Assembly: GCA_938021205.1 (NCBI GenBank)
Contig: CALIGI010000001.1
Coordinates: 2,636-66,635, forward strand
Length of the DNA stretch: 64,000 bases
Reading direction: 5' to 3'
Origin: an uncultured Pseudanabaenaceae cyanobacterium
GTDB lineage: Bacteria; Cyanobacteriota; Cyanobacteriia; PCC-9006; JAAUQQ01
Below, piece after piece: positions 36,035 to 47,126 of this stretch. Made by a program: the position numbers and the translations under genes. Under the pieces are notes generated by a model. It was not told the DNA's origin and made no database searches. It saw only the letters and a program-made list of their open reading frames with translations. The first letter of the stretch is position 1; every line of letters starts with the position of its first letter.

Positions 36035-37258
36035 CTAGACCGCGTTGGGAACGCGATCCGGAACGTAGTGCCGGATCGTTGCCAAGACTTTGGCAACATC
36101 TAGGGGCTTAGAGATGAAGTCTGTGGAGCCCGAAGCCTTGGAGCGAATCCGGTCAATGATGCCGTCGTTACCAGTGAGAATCACCACAGGAACATCTTTG
36201 AAGCTGGATATCCGACGGATTTGGGAGCACACTTCGTAGCCACTAGCGACGGGCATGACCAAATCCAGGAAGATGAAATCAGGCTTGCGCTCCAGCAGGA
36301 CGGGGAGGGCCTGAAGTGAGTCTTGAACACCGACGTATTGATAGCCTGCGCTAGTGAGAATTTTTTCCAGCATTTCGCAGACCTTGGGATTGTCGTCGAT
36401 GCACATGACCAATGGCGCACCATTGCCACCAGGGGGAGCAGTCCTCGGATCTGGGGGAGCTGCAATTCCTTGGTCAGCCTGGGAGGCGATCGCCCTCTGA
36501 CGACCGGGCCGTTCTATATCGGCGAGGGTTTCCAGCCCAATTAACTCCCACTGGGCATAGGCTAGAAGCGTCTGAGTCAACATTTTGAGGTCTTGGCGCA
36601 TCACCACGGCCAGTTCTCGCAGGGTCGATTTCCCATTGAGTAGATTCGTCAGGGTTTGATAAGTCTGGGGGGAGGTGCGCTGCTGGAGAGCAGCAGCATT
36701 GCGCACCACAGGAGCCGAATCGGGGGAGCTATCGCTGAGACCCGCTACCTGCCAAGCCTGCCAGTTCTCCTGGGCTTGATTTAACAAAGCGAGACCATTT
36801 GGAATGCTAAGGAGCTCGCTAGTGGAATCAGCTCCCAGAGAGTTGCTAAACTGACAGCCCCCCTGGGAGCCCTGAATCATGTCGAACATCGATTCCAGGA
36901 TGGTTTGCTCCATCAGAGCAATGGCTTGCTCCTGGGAAATCTTTTGTTGATTAAGGCCTGCGATCAGGACTTGGTATTCCCAATCGTCCTCACGGGTTCC
37001 CGCTGGAGGAGTGACCCCCTCTAGCTGGAGACCTAGCTGTTGGGTTAAACGATTCCAGCGACGCCAACGATGTTGACCCCCAGTCACCCAAAATAAGCGA
37101 CCCAGCTTAAATCTCAGGCAACCTATAGGGGTTCCATTGATGCTGCTCACGGTGATAGTGCCACTAGCAGGCGTTCTCAAGACCTCTTGTAAACGGCCTA
37201 GTAATTGCTCTACCGAGAGCGCTTCTGAAACTTCGTAGGTGCCCGCAATGATACTCAT
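36035..37258 (-). CDS. PatA-type response regulator (N-terminal PATAN domain plus C-terminal REC), PixG/PilG-like
   Basis: The N-terminal GTITVSSINGTPIGCLRFKLGRLFWVTGGQHRWRRWNRL is PATAN-like. REC: LVMCIDDNPKV...DFIFLDLVMPVASGYEVC...SKP. Confidence 0.85.
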   Translation of the reverse strand: MSIIAGTYEVSEALSVEQLLGRLQEVLRTPASGTITVSSINGTPIGCLRFKLGRLFWVTGGQHRWRRWNRLTQQLGLQLEGVTPPAGTREDDWEYQVLIAGLNQQKISQEQAIALMEQTILESMFDMIQGSQGGCQFSNSLGADSTSELLSIPNGLALLNQAQENWQAWQVAGLSDSSPDSAPVVRNAAALQQRTSPQTYQTLTNLLNGKSTLRELAVVMRQDLKMLTQTLLAYAQWELIGLETLADIERPGRQRAIASQADQGIAAPPDPRTAPPGGNGAPLVMCIDDNPKVCEMLEKILTSAGYQYVGVQDSLQALPVLLERKPDFIFLDLVMPVASGYEVCSQIRRISSFKDVPVVILTGNDGIIDRIRSKASGSTDFISKPLDVAKVLATIRHYVPDRVPNAV

Positions 37259-37811
37259 AGGCCTAAAAGTTAGACGATTGTTTCAAGTCCCTTCATTCAG
37301 TGGCAAGCCAATCTGAAATTCATGGGAATCGAGGTGCTTATAGCTGTATAGTGCCCAGCTACAACTCAAGTGCCACAAAGTTTTGGTATTTGGAGATGAT
37401 TATTTTATCGAGTTGTTTTCGCTTGGTTGAATGATAGTTTTACTCAAAGCTATGAGATCTATTTTTTTGAAAAATCGAATTTTATGTTCGGAGATTGAAG
37501 TTAAAAGAAGAGGGTTTAGATGTGGTAAATCATGATTTTGAGCAATTCCCAAAGCCTTCCTCTAGCACCTAAGTACTGTTACGGGATTTTCTAATTCAGT
37601 GAGGGCTATATCTCAGGGAGGTCCCTTAGAGATAGTTTGATTGATATCGACTCAAAAAGGCAAGATGGCTCTGATACAGAAGCTTTAGAGGATCCATTTC
37701 GATCTCTAGAGCAGAAAAATTGAGGAGGACTTTTGATGGCTAATATTCTTGATACTTAAGGTAAATACTAGGCTTCATTGTGGATTCGATGGGGTAGAGC
37801 TCATAGAAAAT

Positions 37812-37851
37812 AGAGAGGAGTAGATTTTGAATTCAAAATCTACTCCTCTCT
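37812..37851. terminator. Perfect 40-nt palindrome (17-bp stem around GAATTC); likely terminator/insulator between the permease gene and the chemotaxis operon
   Basis: agagaggagtagatttt-gaattc-aaaatctactcctctct, flanked by aaaat on the left and tcagttttt on the right. Confidence 0.6.
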
Positions 37852-38135
37852 TCAGTTTTTGTTAGCTCCAATTGATTTTGATTAAATTTTATTATTCTTC
37901 CGGATATAGAAAGAACATCATGATCTCAATTTTTGATTCATCAATCTAGCTGAACTGTGGATTGATGCATGGGCAGAGTTCCTGAGTTATCTCAGTGGAT
38001 AATCGCAGAACTGAATTCAGTAGTTATCAGCAAGCTGATTACGACCAAACTCACGTCTAGAAATAGCATCAATCGAACTTTTTGAGTTTTAGTTCTACTG
38101 TTTATGGATGGGCATAGTCGTCACAGAGAATTTGC

Positions 38136-39266
38136 CTAATCTGCTTGTCCTAATTGAATCCGTGGATCTATCACGGAAAGCAGTAAATCTGCCAGTAGAT
38201 TCCCGATGACGAGCATGACGGCTCCCATCATAAGACTCGCCATAACCAAATAAAGATCTTGGGCGAAAACAGCTTTAAGGATAAGGCGACCCAGTCCAGG
38301 CCAGTTAAAAAAGTACTCTGCGATAAAGGCTCCGCTGAGCAGGCTGGCAAATTCGAAACCCAAGAGCGTAATCAAAGGATTAATAGCGTTGCGTAGGGCA
38401 TGGCGATAGATAACACGATTTTCAGGTAAGCCCTTGGCACGGGCGGTTCGAACGTAGTCCTGGCGTAACACTTCAAGGAGTTCGCCTCGGGTGATGCGTT
38501 GAAGACCGGCGAAGCTGGCAACGCTCAGGGCGATGGTGGGCAGGATCATGTGCCAGGCTACATCTAGAATTTTGCCGAGCCAGGACATGTCGGCGTAGTC
38601 GATGCTGGTCATGTCGCCGACGGGGAGCCAAGGCGTGACCCGCTGGGCCAATATGAGCAGGAGCAGGGCGGTGATGAAGCTGGGGAAGCCCTGGCCCAGG
38701 TAGCTGAGACTGCGCAGGAGGCGATCGCGACCTTTATTTTGATTAACCGCTGCGGTGACGCCCATGGGAACGGCGATCGCCCAGGTCAGAACTAAAGAAG
38801 ATAAAGCTAGCAGCAGCGTTGCCCCCACCCGTTCAGTCAGCAATCCAGCGACGGGGCGCTTAAACACAAAGCTCTCGCCCAAATTGCCATGGAGTACTTG
38901 ACCGAGCCATTTGAAATAGCTGGGGATTACCCAAGCCAACCAGGGACCAATGCTACCCAGGAAAGAGCGCAGATTATCCAGGGATTCAATGGGCGATGCA
39001 GGCTCTCCAGCTAGGCCAAATTGTTGTTCGAGACGGTCAATCAGCTCTGGATCATTCTGGAGGTTCTCCCGCAGACTATCGACATAGTTACCGGGGGCTA
39101 GCTGAACGATGACATAGCTGAGCAGAGAGGCAATGATGAGCGTGAGCAATGCCTGGAGAAATCGCTTAACGAGAAAAGCGAGGGTTTGGCTGGGAATAAT
39201 GCCTGAGCCAACACCGTCTTTACCCGGACGGCCACGTTTAAGCTTGGATAAAAAGTTACCGTCCAT
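38136..39266 (-). CDS. ABC transporter permease, DppB/OppB type
   Basis: N-terminal FLVKRFLQALLTLIIASLLSYVIVQLAPGNYV plus the EAA-like loop (YVRTARAKGLPENRVIYRHALRNA). Confidence 0.8.
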   Translation of the reverse strand: MDGNFLSKLKRGRPGKDGVGSGIIPSQTLAFLVKRFLQALLTLIIASLLSYVIVQLAPGNYVDSLRENLQNDPELIDRLEQQFGLAGEPASPIESLDNLRSFLGSIGPWLAWVIPSYFKWLGQVLHGNLGESFVFKRPVAGLLTERVGATLLLALSSLVLTWAIAVPMGVTAAVNQNKGRDRLLRSLSYLGQGFPSFITALLLLILAQRVTPWLPVGDMTSIDYADMSWLGKILDVAWHMILPTIALSVASFAGLQRITRGELLEVLRQDYVRTARAKGLPENRVIYRHALRNAINPLITLLGFEFASLLSGAFIAEYFFNWPGLGRLILKAVFAQDLYLVMASLMMGAVMLVIGNLLADLLLSVIDPRIQLGQAD

Positions 39267-39435
39267 AGGGGCTGTTTCTACGGAGAATTAATGGGATATT
39301 AATCAAGGATGAAACAACGGAGGAGTTGTTTTCATCAACGTCTTAGCTGACGGCTTGGAGAATAGGCCTTGGAAATCGGCTTAGCAAATCCGCCTAGGCC
39401 AGACTAGCAGCGGCTTCCTTAGGAGCCACTGGGGT

Positions 39436-40221
39436 ATGATACAGCCGGTTTGGCGCTTGCAAAGGTTGTTGCAACGGGAGAAGGGACAAACTGTGAGTAG
39501 TTGGTATCGTTCTATTTCGCTTGGACTGAATTTGGGTGCTCGGCGTTTTTGGCATTGGGCCAGGGCTGACCGAGGCTTCCGAGCTCAGCTTGGCAGTGGA
39601 TTGTTCTGGCCTTTGCGTAGCGCCAATCGTTTCACAGCATTGGGACTTTTAGTCAGCCTGGGCATTATTGTGGCCGGTTTAGCGAGTTTTTCTCCGGTTG
39701 CTCAGGCTCAGTTGACGGGCTGGGGCGGGAGTAAAACTGCTGTGCAGATTTGGCGCAATGCTTCTTTCCCTGTGGAAGGTTTCCAGGCCTATACCTCGGC
39801 CTTTGGTTATCGGCGATCGGCTACGGGGGGGCGCAGCAGTGAATTTCACTATGGTTTAGATCTGGCTGCCCCCCAGGGAAGCTTTATTCGTAGTTGGTGG
39901 GGTGGCCAAGTTGTGGAGGTGACGGATGATACTCGCTGTGGCACCTCGATTGTGGTCCAGTCCGGGGAATGGGAGCATATCTATTGTCATATGCAGGGTA
40001 AGGTCGAGAAGATCAGCGGCCAGCGTTATTTAGTAGATCGCGGCGGTAGCATTCAAATTCGTGAGGGCCAGGCGATCCAGACTGGAGCCCGCATTGGCAG
40101 AGTGGGGATGACGGGACGGACGACGGGCCCCCATTTGCATTGGGGCTTGAAGCATCGAGGGAGCTGGGTTGATCCAGGTTTGGTCCTACGAGCGATGCAG
40201 TCGGCTAGACCTGTTTCCTAA
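39436..40221 (+). CDS. M23 family metallopeptidase
   Basis: HYGLDLAAPQGSFIRS and GRTTGPHLHWGLKHRGSWVDP (the HxxxD and HxH Zn motifs). Confidence 0.8.
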   Translation: MIQPVWRLQRLLQREKGQTVSSWYRSISLGLNLGARRFWHWARADRGFRAQLGSGLFWPLRSANRFTALGLLVSLGIIVAGLASFSPVAQAQLTGWGGSKTAVQIWRNASFPVEGFQAYTSAFGYRRSATGGRSSEFHYGLDLAAPQGSFIRSWWGGQVVEVTDDTRCGTSIVVQSGEWEHIYCHMQGKVEKISGQRYLVDRGGSIQIREGQAIQTGARIGRVGMTGRTTGPHLHWGLKHRGSWVDPGLVLRAMQSARPVS

Positions 40222-40319
40222 AGAATCATCTACATGTTGGTTTGAGTAGAGAGCAGGAGCAATCGGTTTTGTTTGAATGGCCGGGGTCGCGTTACGATTC
40301 CGGCCATTAATATAGGTGG

Positions 40320-40958
40320 ATGATTGTTGTGATTTGCCCAGGGATTCATCCGCCTGAATTGACGAAGGCATTTGGGGCGGCGCTGGAGGGAGCGATCGCA
40401 GTGCAAGCTTCTTTCGATATTTCAGCCCAAGCCGCAGCGGCTAGAGCATTACAGCTCTGGCTGTTGCCCTCCGAGATTGCGCCCTATGGTCCTGACTTAA
40501 TCCGGTCTTACGTCTTAGAGCGCTGGCAACAAGCCGAGCTTTCGTCAGGCTTTCCGACTGCCTGGATTGGTTTTAGTGCTGGGGTGGTCGGGGCTGTAGC
40601 TGCCGCGCGATGCTGGCAAAGGGATGGTGGAGAGGTTACAGGATTGATCGCGGTGGATGGTTGGGGGGTGCCCTTGGGCGATCGTTTCCCTCGGTTTCGT
40701 TTGGGCCACGATCGCTTCACGGCTCAAAGCTGTGAATGGCTGGGGGCAAGTGATGGCTATTTCTATTGCGACCCGGCGGTGGGACATCTGGAGTTGTGGC
40801 GATCGCCCCAACAGTCCTCGGGCCATTGGCAGCCCAATCTAAAGTCTCCCTTCGATCTAGATTTTGGACGATTGGGCAACTGCCAATCTATCGATGCTGC
40901 TCAATTACTGGCCCAGCTCTTGATTCTGCTGGCACAGACTCAAAAACTTCAGCCTTAA
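40320..40958 (+). CDS. Hypothetical protein, possibly alpha/beta-hydrolase fold
   Basis: Nucleophile-elbow-like GFSAGVVGA. No other motif is recognisable. Confidence 0.45.
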   Translation: MIVVICPGIHPPELTKAFGAALEGAIAVQASFDISAQAAAARALQLWLLPSEIAPYGPDLIRSYVLERWQQAELSSGFPTAWIGFSAGVVGAVAAARCWQRDGGEVTGLIAVDGWGVPLGDRFPRFRLGHDRFTAQSCEWLGASDGYFYCDPAVGHLELWRSPQQSSGHWQPNLKSPFDLDFGRLGNCQSIDAAQLLAQLLILLAQTQKLQP

Positions 40959-41115
40959 CTGCCCAATTTCAGCCAGTAGATGAGGTTTTATTCTCGAAAC
41001 CCCCTACGGCTAGATCTTTGGTGGCAGAATATTTTGTATCCCAGAACGTATTCCCAGACCATCTTAAATAATTTGGGAATCGCTTCTGTCTTCTTCCGTA
41101 CGAGAGCGAGCTGCC

Positions 41116-42882
41116 ATGAGGTCTACTGTTGCCCAGCCCACCACCGTTGCCAGTCAACGGGCGACCGGTGCTTTTGCTTTGATTGACAGTCTGCGACGCC
41201 ATGGGGTGAAGCATATCTTTGGTTATCCCGGTGGCGCAATTCTGCCAATCTACGATGAGCTCTACCTAGCCGAAGAGCGCGGAGAAATTGAACATTTCCT
41301 CGTCCGCCATGAGCAAGGTGCTTCCCATGCTGCCGATGCCTATTCCCGTGCCACGGGTAAGGTCGGGGTTTGCTTTGGAACCTCCGGCCCCGGTGCAACG
41401 AACTTAGTGACCGGTATTGCCACGGCCCAGATGGACTCGATCCCCATGGTGGTGATCACGGGTCAGGTGGGACGGGCTTCCATCGGGACTGATGCTTTTC
41501 AGGAAACGGATATTTTCGGCATTACCCTGCCGGTGGTGAAGCATTCCTATGTGGTGCGTGACCCCAGGGACATGGCTCGCATTGTGGCGGAGGCGTTTTA
41601 CATTGCTCGCACGGGTCGCCCTGCACCAGTCTTGATTGACGTACCCAAAGACGTCGGCCTAGAAGAGTTTGACTATGTGCCGGTGGACCCGGGTGCAGTG
41701 AATTTGGAGGGCTACAAGCCCACCGTTGAAGGAAGCGCTCGTCAGGTGGAAGCTGCCCTACAGTTGATTAAGTCCGCCAAGCAACCTCTGTTGTATGTGG
41801 GAGGCGGTGCCATTTCTTCTGGCGCTCACAGCGAAGTTAAAGCTGTGGCCGAGGCGTTCCAAATCCCCGTGACCACAACGCTGATGGGTAAGGGGGCCTT
41901 CGATGAGAAGCATCCTCTCGCGGTGGGCATGTTGGGCATGCATGGCACGGCCTATGCCAACTACGCCATTAGTGAATGTGACCTTTTGATTGCTGTGGGC
42001 GCGCGATTTGACGATCGCGTCACGGGCAAGCTGGATGAATTTGCTCGCTATGCCAAGGTCATCCACATCGACATTGACCCTGCGGAGGTGGGCAAAAACC
42101 GTCAGCCCGACGTTCCCATTGTGGGAGATGTGCGCCATGTGCTGAAGGAAATGCTGCGCCAAATGGGGGCGCTCAATGGTCAGATTGAGACCGAGGCAAC
42201 CCAGCCCTGGCGCGATCGTGTTGATGCTTGGAAAGCCAAGTATCCCCTGGTTGCTCCCAGCTACCCCGATTGCATTTCCCCCCAAGAGGTTGTTGTCGCC
42301 TTGGATAAGGCTGCACCCAATGCCTACTTCACCACCGATGTGGGTCAACATCAGATGTGGGCAGCTCAGTTTCTCAAGAATGGGCCTCGCCAATGGATTT
42401 CCAGTGCGGGCTTAGGCACCATGGGCTTTGGCATGCCAGCGGCGATCGGAGTACAAGTGGCCCTGCCTGACGAAACGGTCATTTGTATTGCCGGTGATGC
42501 CAGCATCTTGATGAACATCCAGGAGCTGGGCACCCTGGCCCAGTACAAGATCAAGGCCAAAACGGTGGTCTTGAACAATGGCTGGCAGGGCATGGTGCGC
42601 CAGTGGCAGCAAAACTTCTACGGCCAGCGTTATTCCTCTTCCAACATGGAGACGGGCATGCCTGACTTTGTGATGTTGGCCGAGGCCTTTGGGGTCAAGG
42701 GCATCTTGGTGAAGGAGCGTGGAGAGCTGGAAGGGGCGATCGCCGAGATGTTGGCCCATGATGGCCCCGTGTTCATGGATGTGCGGGTCAAGCAGGATGA
42801 AAACTGCTATCCCATGGTTAAACCAGGCTGCTCGACGGACCAAATGTTGGGTCTTCCAGATAGTGAAGATTCAGACAGTTAG
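41116..42882 (+). CDS. ilvB: Acetolactate synthase large subunit, biosynthetic type
   Basis: [53 protein letters not shown] and [35 protein letters not shown]. Confidence 0.92.
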   Translation: MRSTVAQPTTVASQRATGAFALIDSLRRHGVKHIFGYPGGAILPIYDELYLAEERGEIEHFLVRHEQGASHAADAYSRATGKVGVCFGTSGPGATNLVTGIATAQMDSIPMVVITGQVGRASIGTDAFQETDIFGITLPVVKHSYVVRDPRDMARIVAEAFYIARTGRPAPVLIDVPKDVGLEEFDYVPVDPGAVNLEGYKPTVEGSARQVEAALQLIKSAKQPLLYVGGGAISSGAHSEVKAVAEAFQIPVTTTLMGKGAFDEKHPLAVGMLGMHGTAYANYAISECDLLIAVGARFDDRVTGKLDEFARYAKVIHIDIDPAEVGKNRQPDVPIVGDVRHVLKEMLRQMGALNGQIETEATQPWRDRVDAWKAKYPLVAPSYPDCISPQEVVVALDKAAPNAYFTTDVGQHQMWAAQFLKNGPRQWISSAGLGTMGFGMPAAIGVQVALPDETVICIAGDASILMNIQELGTLAQYKIKAKTVVLNNGWQGMVRQWQQNFYGQRYSSSNMETGMPDFVMLAEAFGVKGILVKERGELEGAIAEMLAHDGPVFMDVRVKQDENCYPMVKPGCSTDQMLGLPDSEDSDS

Positions 42883-42975
42883 CGAGGCTATAGATCGGCA
42901 TAATGCTGCGGAAGGTGTCTAGGTATTTCTTTCCCGTTACTTTTCTACTTTTGTTGATTTACCTTTAAACGGTAT

Positions 42976-43010
42976 AAAACGCCTGATCCCCATAGGGGTC
43001 AGGCGTTTTT
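42976..43010 (+). terminator. Intrinsic terminator of ilvB
   Basis: aaaacgcctgatcccc-ata-ggggtcaggcgttttt. Confidence 0.85.
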
Positions 43011-43876
43011 GCGTTGGGGATCATCACGAGAGCGTCGTAATTTGTAGATTTCACAGAGTTGAAGGTGATTTCAATATGAAGAAACTGCCGCTTTGAAGTG
43101 AGCTATTACGGCCAGAAGGTTAAGTAATTCATAGGGATTCCGCAATTCTTATAGCCAATGCATAACATAAGTGAAGTCAAGGCTGATCGACTGCCTAATG
43201 TTGTAGCGGCGACCTAACTTGCTTAGGGCGTTTGGTAACTCCATTACTACTTATCATCTTTAGATTTCATTCATTTGGAATTTCTTAGGCGATGAGGCTT
43301 ACGCTACAGATTAGGAAGGTCTTTCCCCCTTTATCACTGGGGTTGAACTGTAATAGAGCAATTCGTTCTCTGATTTTGATGATGACGAAAAGGTCTTTTC
43401 TCCCAAGGCTAATTTGCTTTGAGAGCTCAGTTTTACTCGGAGACTCTCTCTTGGTCTTTGTCAGGCACATGCTCTAACTTCTTAGAACTGGTGCTGCTCC
43501 CCTTTAGCCACTGTGACAGCTAGGCTTATGGCCCTCAACTGTCCCTAAGAAGGCTGAGCTGAGCCAATATCAATTGAAGATGCTTCACTCAATTTCCCCT
43601 TGAGTGTCTTGCTTGCGAACCCATTCGTTATCTCGCAAGGTTAGGAGCTTTTCTAAAGCAGCTCATCTCCGATTCTTCTCGTTACTGTCAGTTCATGTTG
43701 TCGTTATTGCAGTGTGGTTTTGGTTCTATTGCAACCTCCTCGTCCAGGACTGCTGCTCAATTCCGCTTTCGGCTCACTGACTGTTAAGTGATGGCATTAC
43801 AAGTATTCCTTAATCATTTGGAAATATTGGGTACTTGTCTTTGTGTGGGTGATTCTTTCTATTTAGGTATGATGCG

Positions 43877-44236
43877 ATGAGTTCCACAGATCAAAGAATT
43901 GAAGCTGTCGAAGCAAAGCTCGGCAGTATAGTTGAATCAATTAGTCAGCTAAATAACTCTGTTGGACAGGTTCTGGGGAACATAGATTCCCTGCGTAACT
44001 CTGGTTCAGCACAGAAGAATGTTCAGACAGTTCAGCATTCTCGTTCCTATGCCAAGGCCATGAGTCACAAGGACGTCTTGGATGATGGTGATGATTCTGT
44101 ACTGCCAAATAATGGCGAAGGGCAGTTAATTATGCCGCCTGAGATGCAGGTGCAACGCTTGACGGCTCAGTTGACGGCTGCCTATAGCCGCATTGCAGCG
44201 TTGGAAGAGCAGTTGCTGTCGCGACGGATGGGTTAG
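43877..44236 (+). CDS. Hypothetical coiled-coil protein
   Basis: 119 aa with heptad-like N- and C-terminal segments. The terminator at 44263-44318 follows it. Confidence 0.45.
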   Translation: MSSTDQRIEAVEAKLGSIVESISQLNNSVGQVLGNIDSLRNSGSAQKNVQTVQHSRSYAKAMSHKDVLDDGDDSVLPNNGEGQLIMPPEMQVQRLTAQLTAAYSRIAALEEQLLSRRMG

Positions 44237-44262
44237 TTTTAGGTCGCTCGCTCGCTATTCAG

Positions 44263-44318
44263 ATGCGATCGCCCTAGGTCTAGAAATGGCCTGGGGCGAT
44301 CGCATTTGGTTGTCTTTT
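44263..44318 (+). terminator. Intrinsic terminator built on two HIP1 copies
   Basis: atgcgatcgccc-(18 nt)-gggcgatcgcat followed by ttggttgtctttt. Confidence 0.7.
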
Positions 44319-44354
44319 AGGATTTTCACCTGGATGACGTGATTAGCGGGTTCG

Positions 44355-44588
44355 TCAATGGCGGGAGAGGTGATAGGCCGCTAGGTGAATTTGCTCTGAA
44401 CTCAGTTGGCTAGGAGTGCGCTGTAAGAAGGAAGGGAGCACTTTGGGATTGAGAATCCAGAGCGTTTCTTTTTGTTGGGCTGACAGCGGCTCCACAAACC
44501 AGCCGGGAAAGACGATGACGGGTTTGATGCCGTAGCTTTTGCGGCACGGGCCATAGCTGCTCATTCCTGACGGGATCAGCTTTAGCAT
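44355..44588 (-). pseudogene. Short ORF, possibly the C-terminal remnant of a NERD-like protein; it sits where phnE would be expected
   Basis: PVIVFPGWFVEP...LWILNPKVLPSFL is vaguely reminiscent of NERD-domain protein C-termini. It is only 77 aa and the call is weak. Confidence 0.2.
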
Positions 44589-44603
44589 TCCCGAGTGGTC
44601 AGT

Positions 44604-45446
44604 CTAAATTGAGTTGCTGTTGCCTATTTGATTGCTGTTACTTATTTGGTAAAGCGATTCGATCTGGTGGTCCTTTAGCTCTGCGGTGGGGCAATCGAAG
44701 CAGATTTGCCCTTGGCGGAGGCCAATGATGCGATCGCACCAGTCCCTCGCCATTTCCAAGTCATGCAAGCTAACGACCAAGGCTCTACCTTGACCAGCAT
44801 TGGGGCTAGCACAAAGTTGAGTCAGCAACGCCATCACTTCTCGGCTGCGCTCGGGATCGAGGCTGGCGATGGGTTCGTCGGCGAGGATGACTTGGGGATT
44901 TTGGGTGAGGACGCGGGCGATAGCGACGCGCTGCTGTTGTCCGCCGGAGAGTTGGTCGGTGCGCTCAAAGATTTTTTCGGGGATGCCAACTTGGGTGAGA
45001 ACTGCTTGGGCTGCTGCTATCTCTTGGGGGATGGCTAGGGAGAAGATGGCTTTGGGCAGAGACCAACGACCCAGGTTGCCTGCGTTGACATTGTGGATGA
45101 CGCGTAGGGAGTTGATCAGGTTGAATTGCTGGTAGATGGTGCCGATTTGGCGTTGGAGTTTACGGCGCTGGCGGTTGGAAATTTGGTTGAGGTCGCGGCC
45201 TAGGACATGAATGCTGCCCTGGTTGGGAGAAAGGCTACCGTTGAGCAGACGAAGCAATGTACTTTTACCTGCACCACTGGGGCCAACGAGGGCGAGGAGA
45301 TCGCCGGGATACACCTGCAAATTGATTCCACTCAGGGCAGCTCGCCCCTGGAATTGGTGGCTGACCTGCTGGATGGCAAGCAGTGGCTCTGGGCAGAGCC
45401 GATTAGACATTTGACCAACAGATAATTGCGATTCTGGCAGAGACAT
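44604..45446 (-). CDS. phnC: Phosphonate-type ABC transporter ATP-binding protein
   Basis: Walker [10 protein letters not shown], signature [15 protein letters not shown] and Walker B ILADEP. The PhnC-like [11 protein letters not shown] insert is present, and a PhnD-like gene lies nearby. Confidence 0.75.
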   Translation of the reverse strand: MSLPESQLSVGQMSNRLCPEPLLAIQQVSHQFQGRAALSGINLQVYPGDLLALVGPSGAGKSTLLRLLNGSLSPNQGSIHVLGRDLNQISNRQRRKLQRQIGTIYQQFNLINSLRVIHNVNAGNLGRWSLPKAIFSLAIPQEIAAAQAVLTQVGIPEKIFERTDQLSGGQQQRVAIARVLTQNPQVILADEPIASLDPERSREVMALLTQLCASPNAGQGRALVVSLHDLEMARDWCDRIIGLRQGQICFDCPTAELKDHQIESLYQISNSNQIGNSNSI

Positions 45447-45721
45447 CGGGCAAGTTAGGGAAAATCTACCCGCAAGAGGCTGGTTTGCGACAGCCTGATC
45501 ATAGAGCTGATCTGCACTGGCGTTCTTTACTGCGCCTAGATAGGAAGAATCTTCGCCATTCTTGAGTCACGAGTTACATCAAATCCGGTTTGCAAGGCTA
45601 GGCATTGAAGGCTTAAACAGCGGCCCAAATAGTAGCAAAACTACCGTTGTTGAAGTCGCATCGCTTCAACGACCGAACTGCCGGGCCAGCGTTTCGTTTC
45701 GGTCAACTCAGTGGCATCAAG

Positions 45722-47092
45722 ATGAATATTTTTCCTTTGCCAGGCAAGTCCGCCTTGGCATCAGCTTTGTTGGCGATTGCCAGCTCCGTCGCCTTGGCAG
45801 CACCGAGCTCTGCCATGCCCGCAAATCCAGCGGTTGCAAATGCAAAAGCCTCCTCAACTCCCACGGCTTCTAAAGCAAACCCCATAGCCCGATTGCCAGC
45901 CGATGCCCAGGCCAAGGTCACTGCGGATTCACGAGGCTTTATTTATTGGTGCGATCGCCGCATCACGGCCCCGACGGAGATGCAAGTCACCCTAGACTTG
46001 ATGCTTCAAGCCGTGGAGACCCAGGACTGCCGCGAAGCCCATATGCTGCTGAGCCGTTCGACTCAGTTGATTATTCTGGGGAGAGGGTTGGCGACGCTGG
46101 AGCCGATTAGCTGGTATCCCCAGTTGCGGCGGCTGGTGATTCGGGAGAATACGATTACCGACTTGACGCCGCTGGAGAAGCTGAGTCAGCTGGAGATTTT
46201 GGATTTGTCGGGGGTGCCAGAAGTACCCTTTGGACTGTTGACCAGCGATCGCCGCACCCATGCCCACCGAGCTAAAGCCAATCTAGATAAAGCGACTGCG
46301 TCCAAGCCAGATTGGACTGGGATGGAACATGAACTTGAACAAACCAAGCAGCTCAGTATTAAGCCCAGCAAACATTTGGCAGAGGGAGCTGAGGTTAAAC
46401 AAGCAACTGGGATCGACGCCGAGGCAACCCGGCCTTTTGTCTGGGGCAATATCATCCAGCTTGCAAAAACGAATCAAATTAATGATCTCAAGCCCCTGTC
46501 GAAGCTGACGCGACTGCGGGAATTGCATTTGGGTGGCAACAGCATCACCAGCATTCGCCCCCTGCGTGACCTCAAGAATCTGGAAGTGCTGTCCATCCAC
46601 AGCAACCCGCTGAAGTATTTGGACAGCTTGGAGCAGATGCCTCAGTTGCGATCGCTGGACTTGAACTCGGTCCATTCCCAAAACCTCTGGCCTGTGACAA
46701 AACTGCGCAATCTGGAGCGCTTGAACCTCGCCAATAACGGCCTTGGCGATGTCCGGGTGGTGCAGCGGCTGAAGCGCTTGGAAATGCTGGATTTATCGAT
46801 GAATGAAATTGAGGACTTGAGCCCGCTGCGCCAGCTCCACAGTTTGCGCTGGTTGAGCTTGGACCACAACCAAATCCAGGATTTAGGCCCCATCGGTCAT
46901 GCCTTCACCCTGGAAGGGCTATATGTGCGGAATAACGAAATTCGCAGCTTGCAGCCGATTTCGGGCATGTCGCGGCTGCGGGAGCTAATGGCTTGGGACA
47001 ATCCCCTGGTGCGGCCTCAATGTCCAGTGCGTCGGGAGGATCAGAGCAGTTCATCGGTCTGTCAATTCACGGTGCCAGGCGGGATTTATTAA
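45722..47092 (+). CDS. Secreted leucine-rich-repeat protein
   Basis: I chose the start at 45722 (MNIFPLPGKSALASALLAIASSVALA signal-like). There are at least 10 LRR units of about 22 aa (L..L..L.L..N.I.DL.PL). Confidence 0.8.
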   Translation: MNIFPLPGKSALASALLAIASSVALAAPSSAMPANPAVANAKASSTPTASKANPIARLPADAQAKVTADSRGFIYWCDRRITAPTEMQVTLDLMLQAVETQDCREAHMLLSRSTQLIILGRGLATLEPISWYPQLRRLVIRENTITDLTPLEKLSQLEILDLSGVPEVPFGLLTSDRRTHAHRAKANLDKATASKPDWTGMEHELEQTKQLSIKPSKHLAEGAEVKQATGIDAEATRPFVWGNIIQLAKTNQINDLKPLSKLTRLRELHLGGNSITSIRPLRDLKNLEVLSIHSNPLKYLDSLEQMPQLRSLDLNSVHSQNLWPVTKLRNLERLNLANNGLGDVRVVQRLKRLEMLDLSMNEIEDLSPLRQLHSLRWLSLDHNQIQDLGPIGHAFTLEGLYVRNNEIRSLQPISGMSRLRELMAWDNPLVRPQCPVRREDQSSSSVCQFTVPGGIY

Positions 47093-47126
47093 TCCAATCT
47101 GAGTTCGACAACGCTGATGCTGCCCT

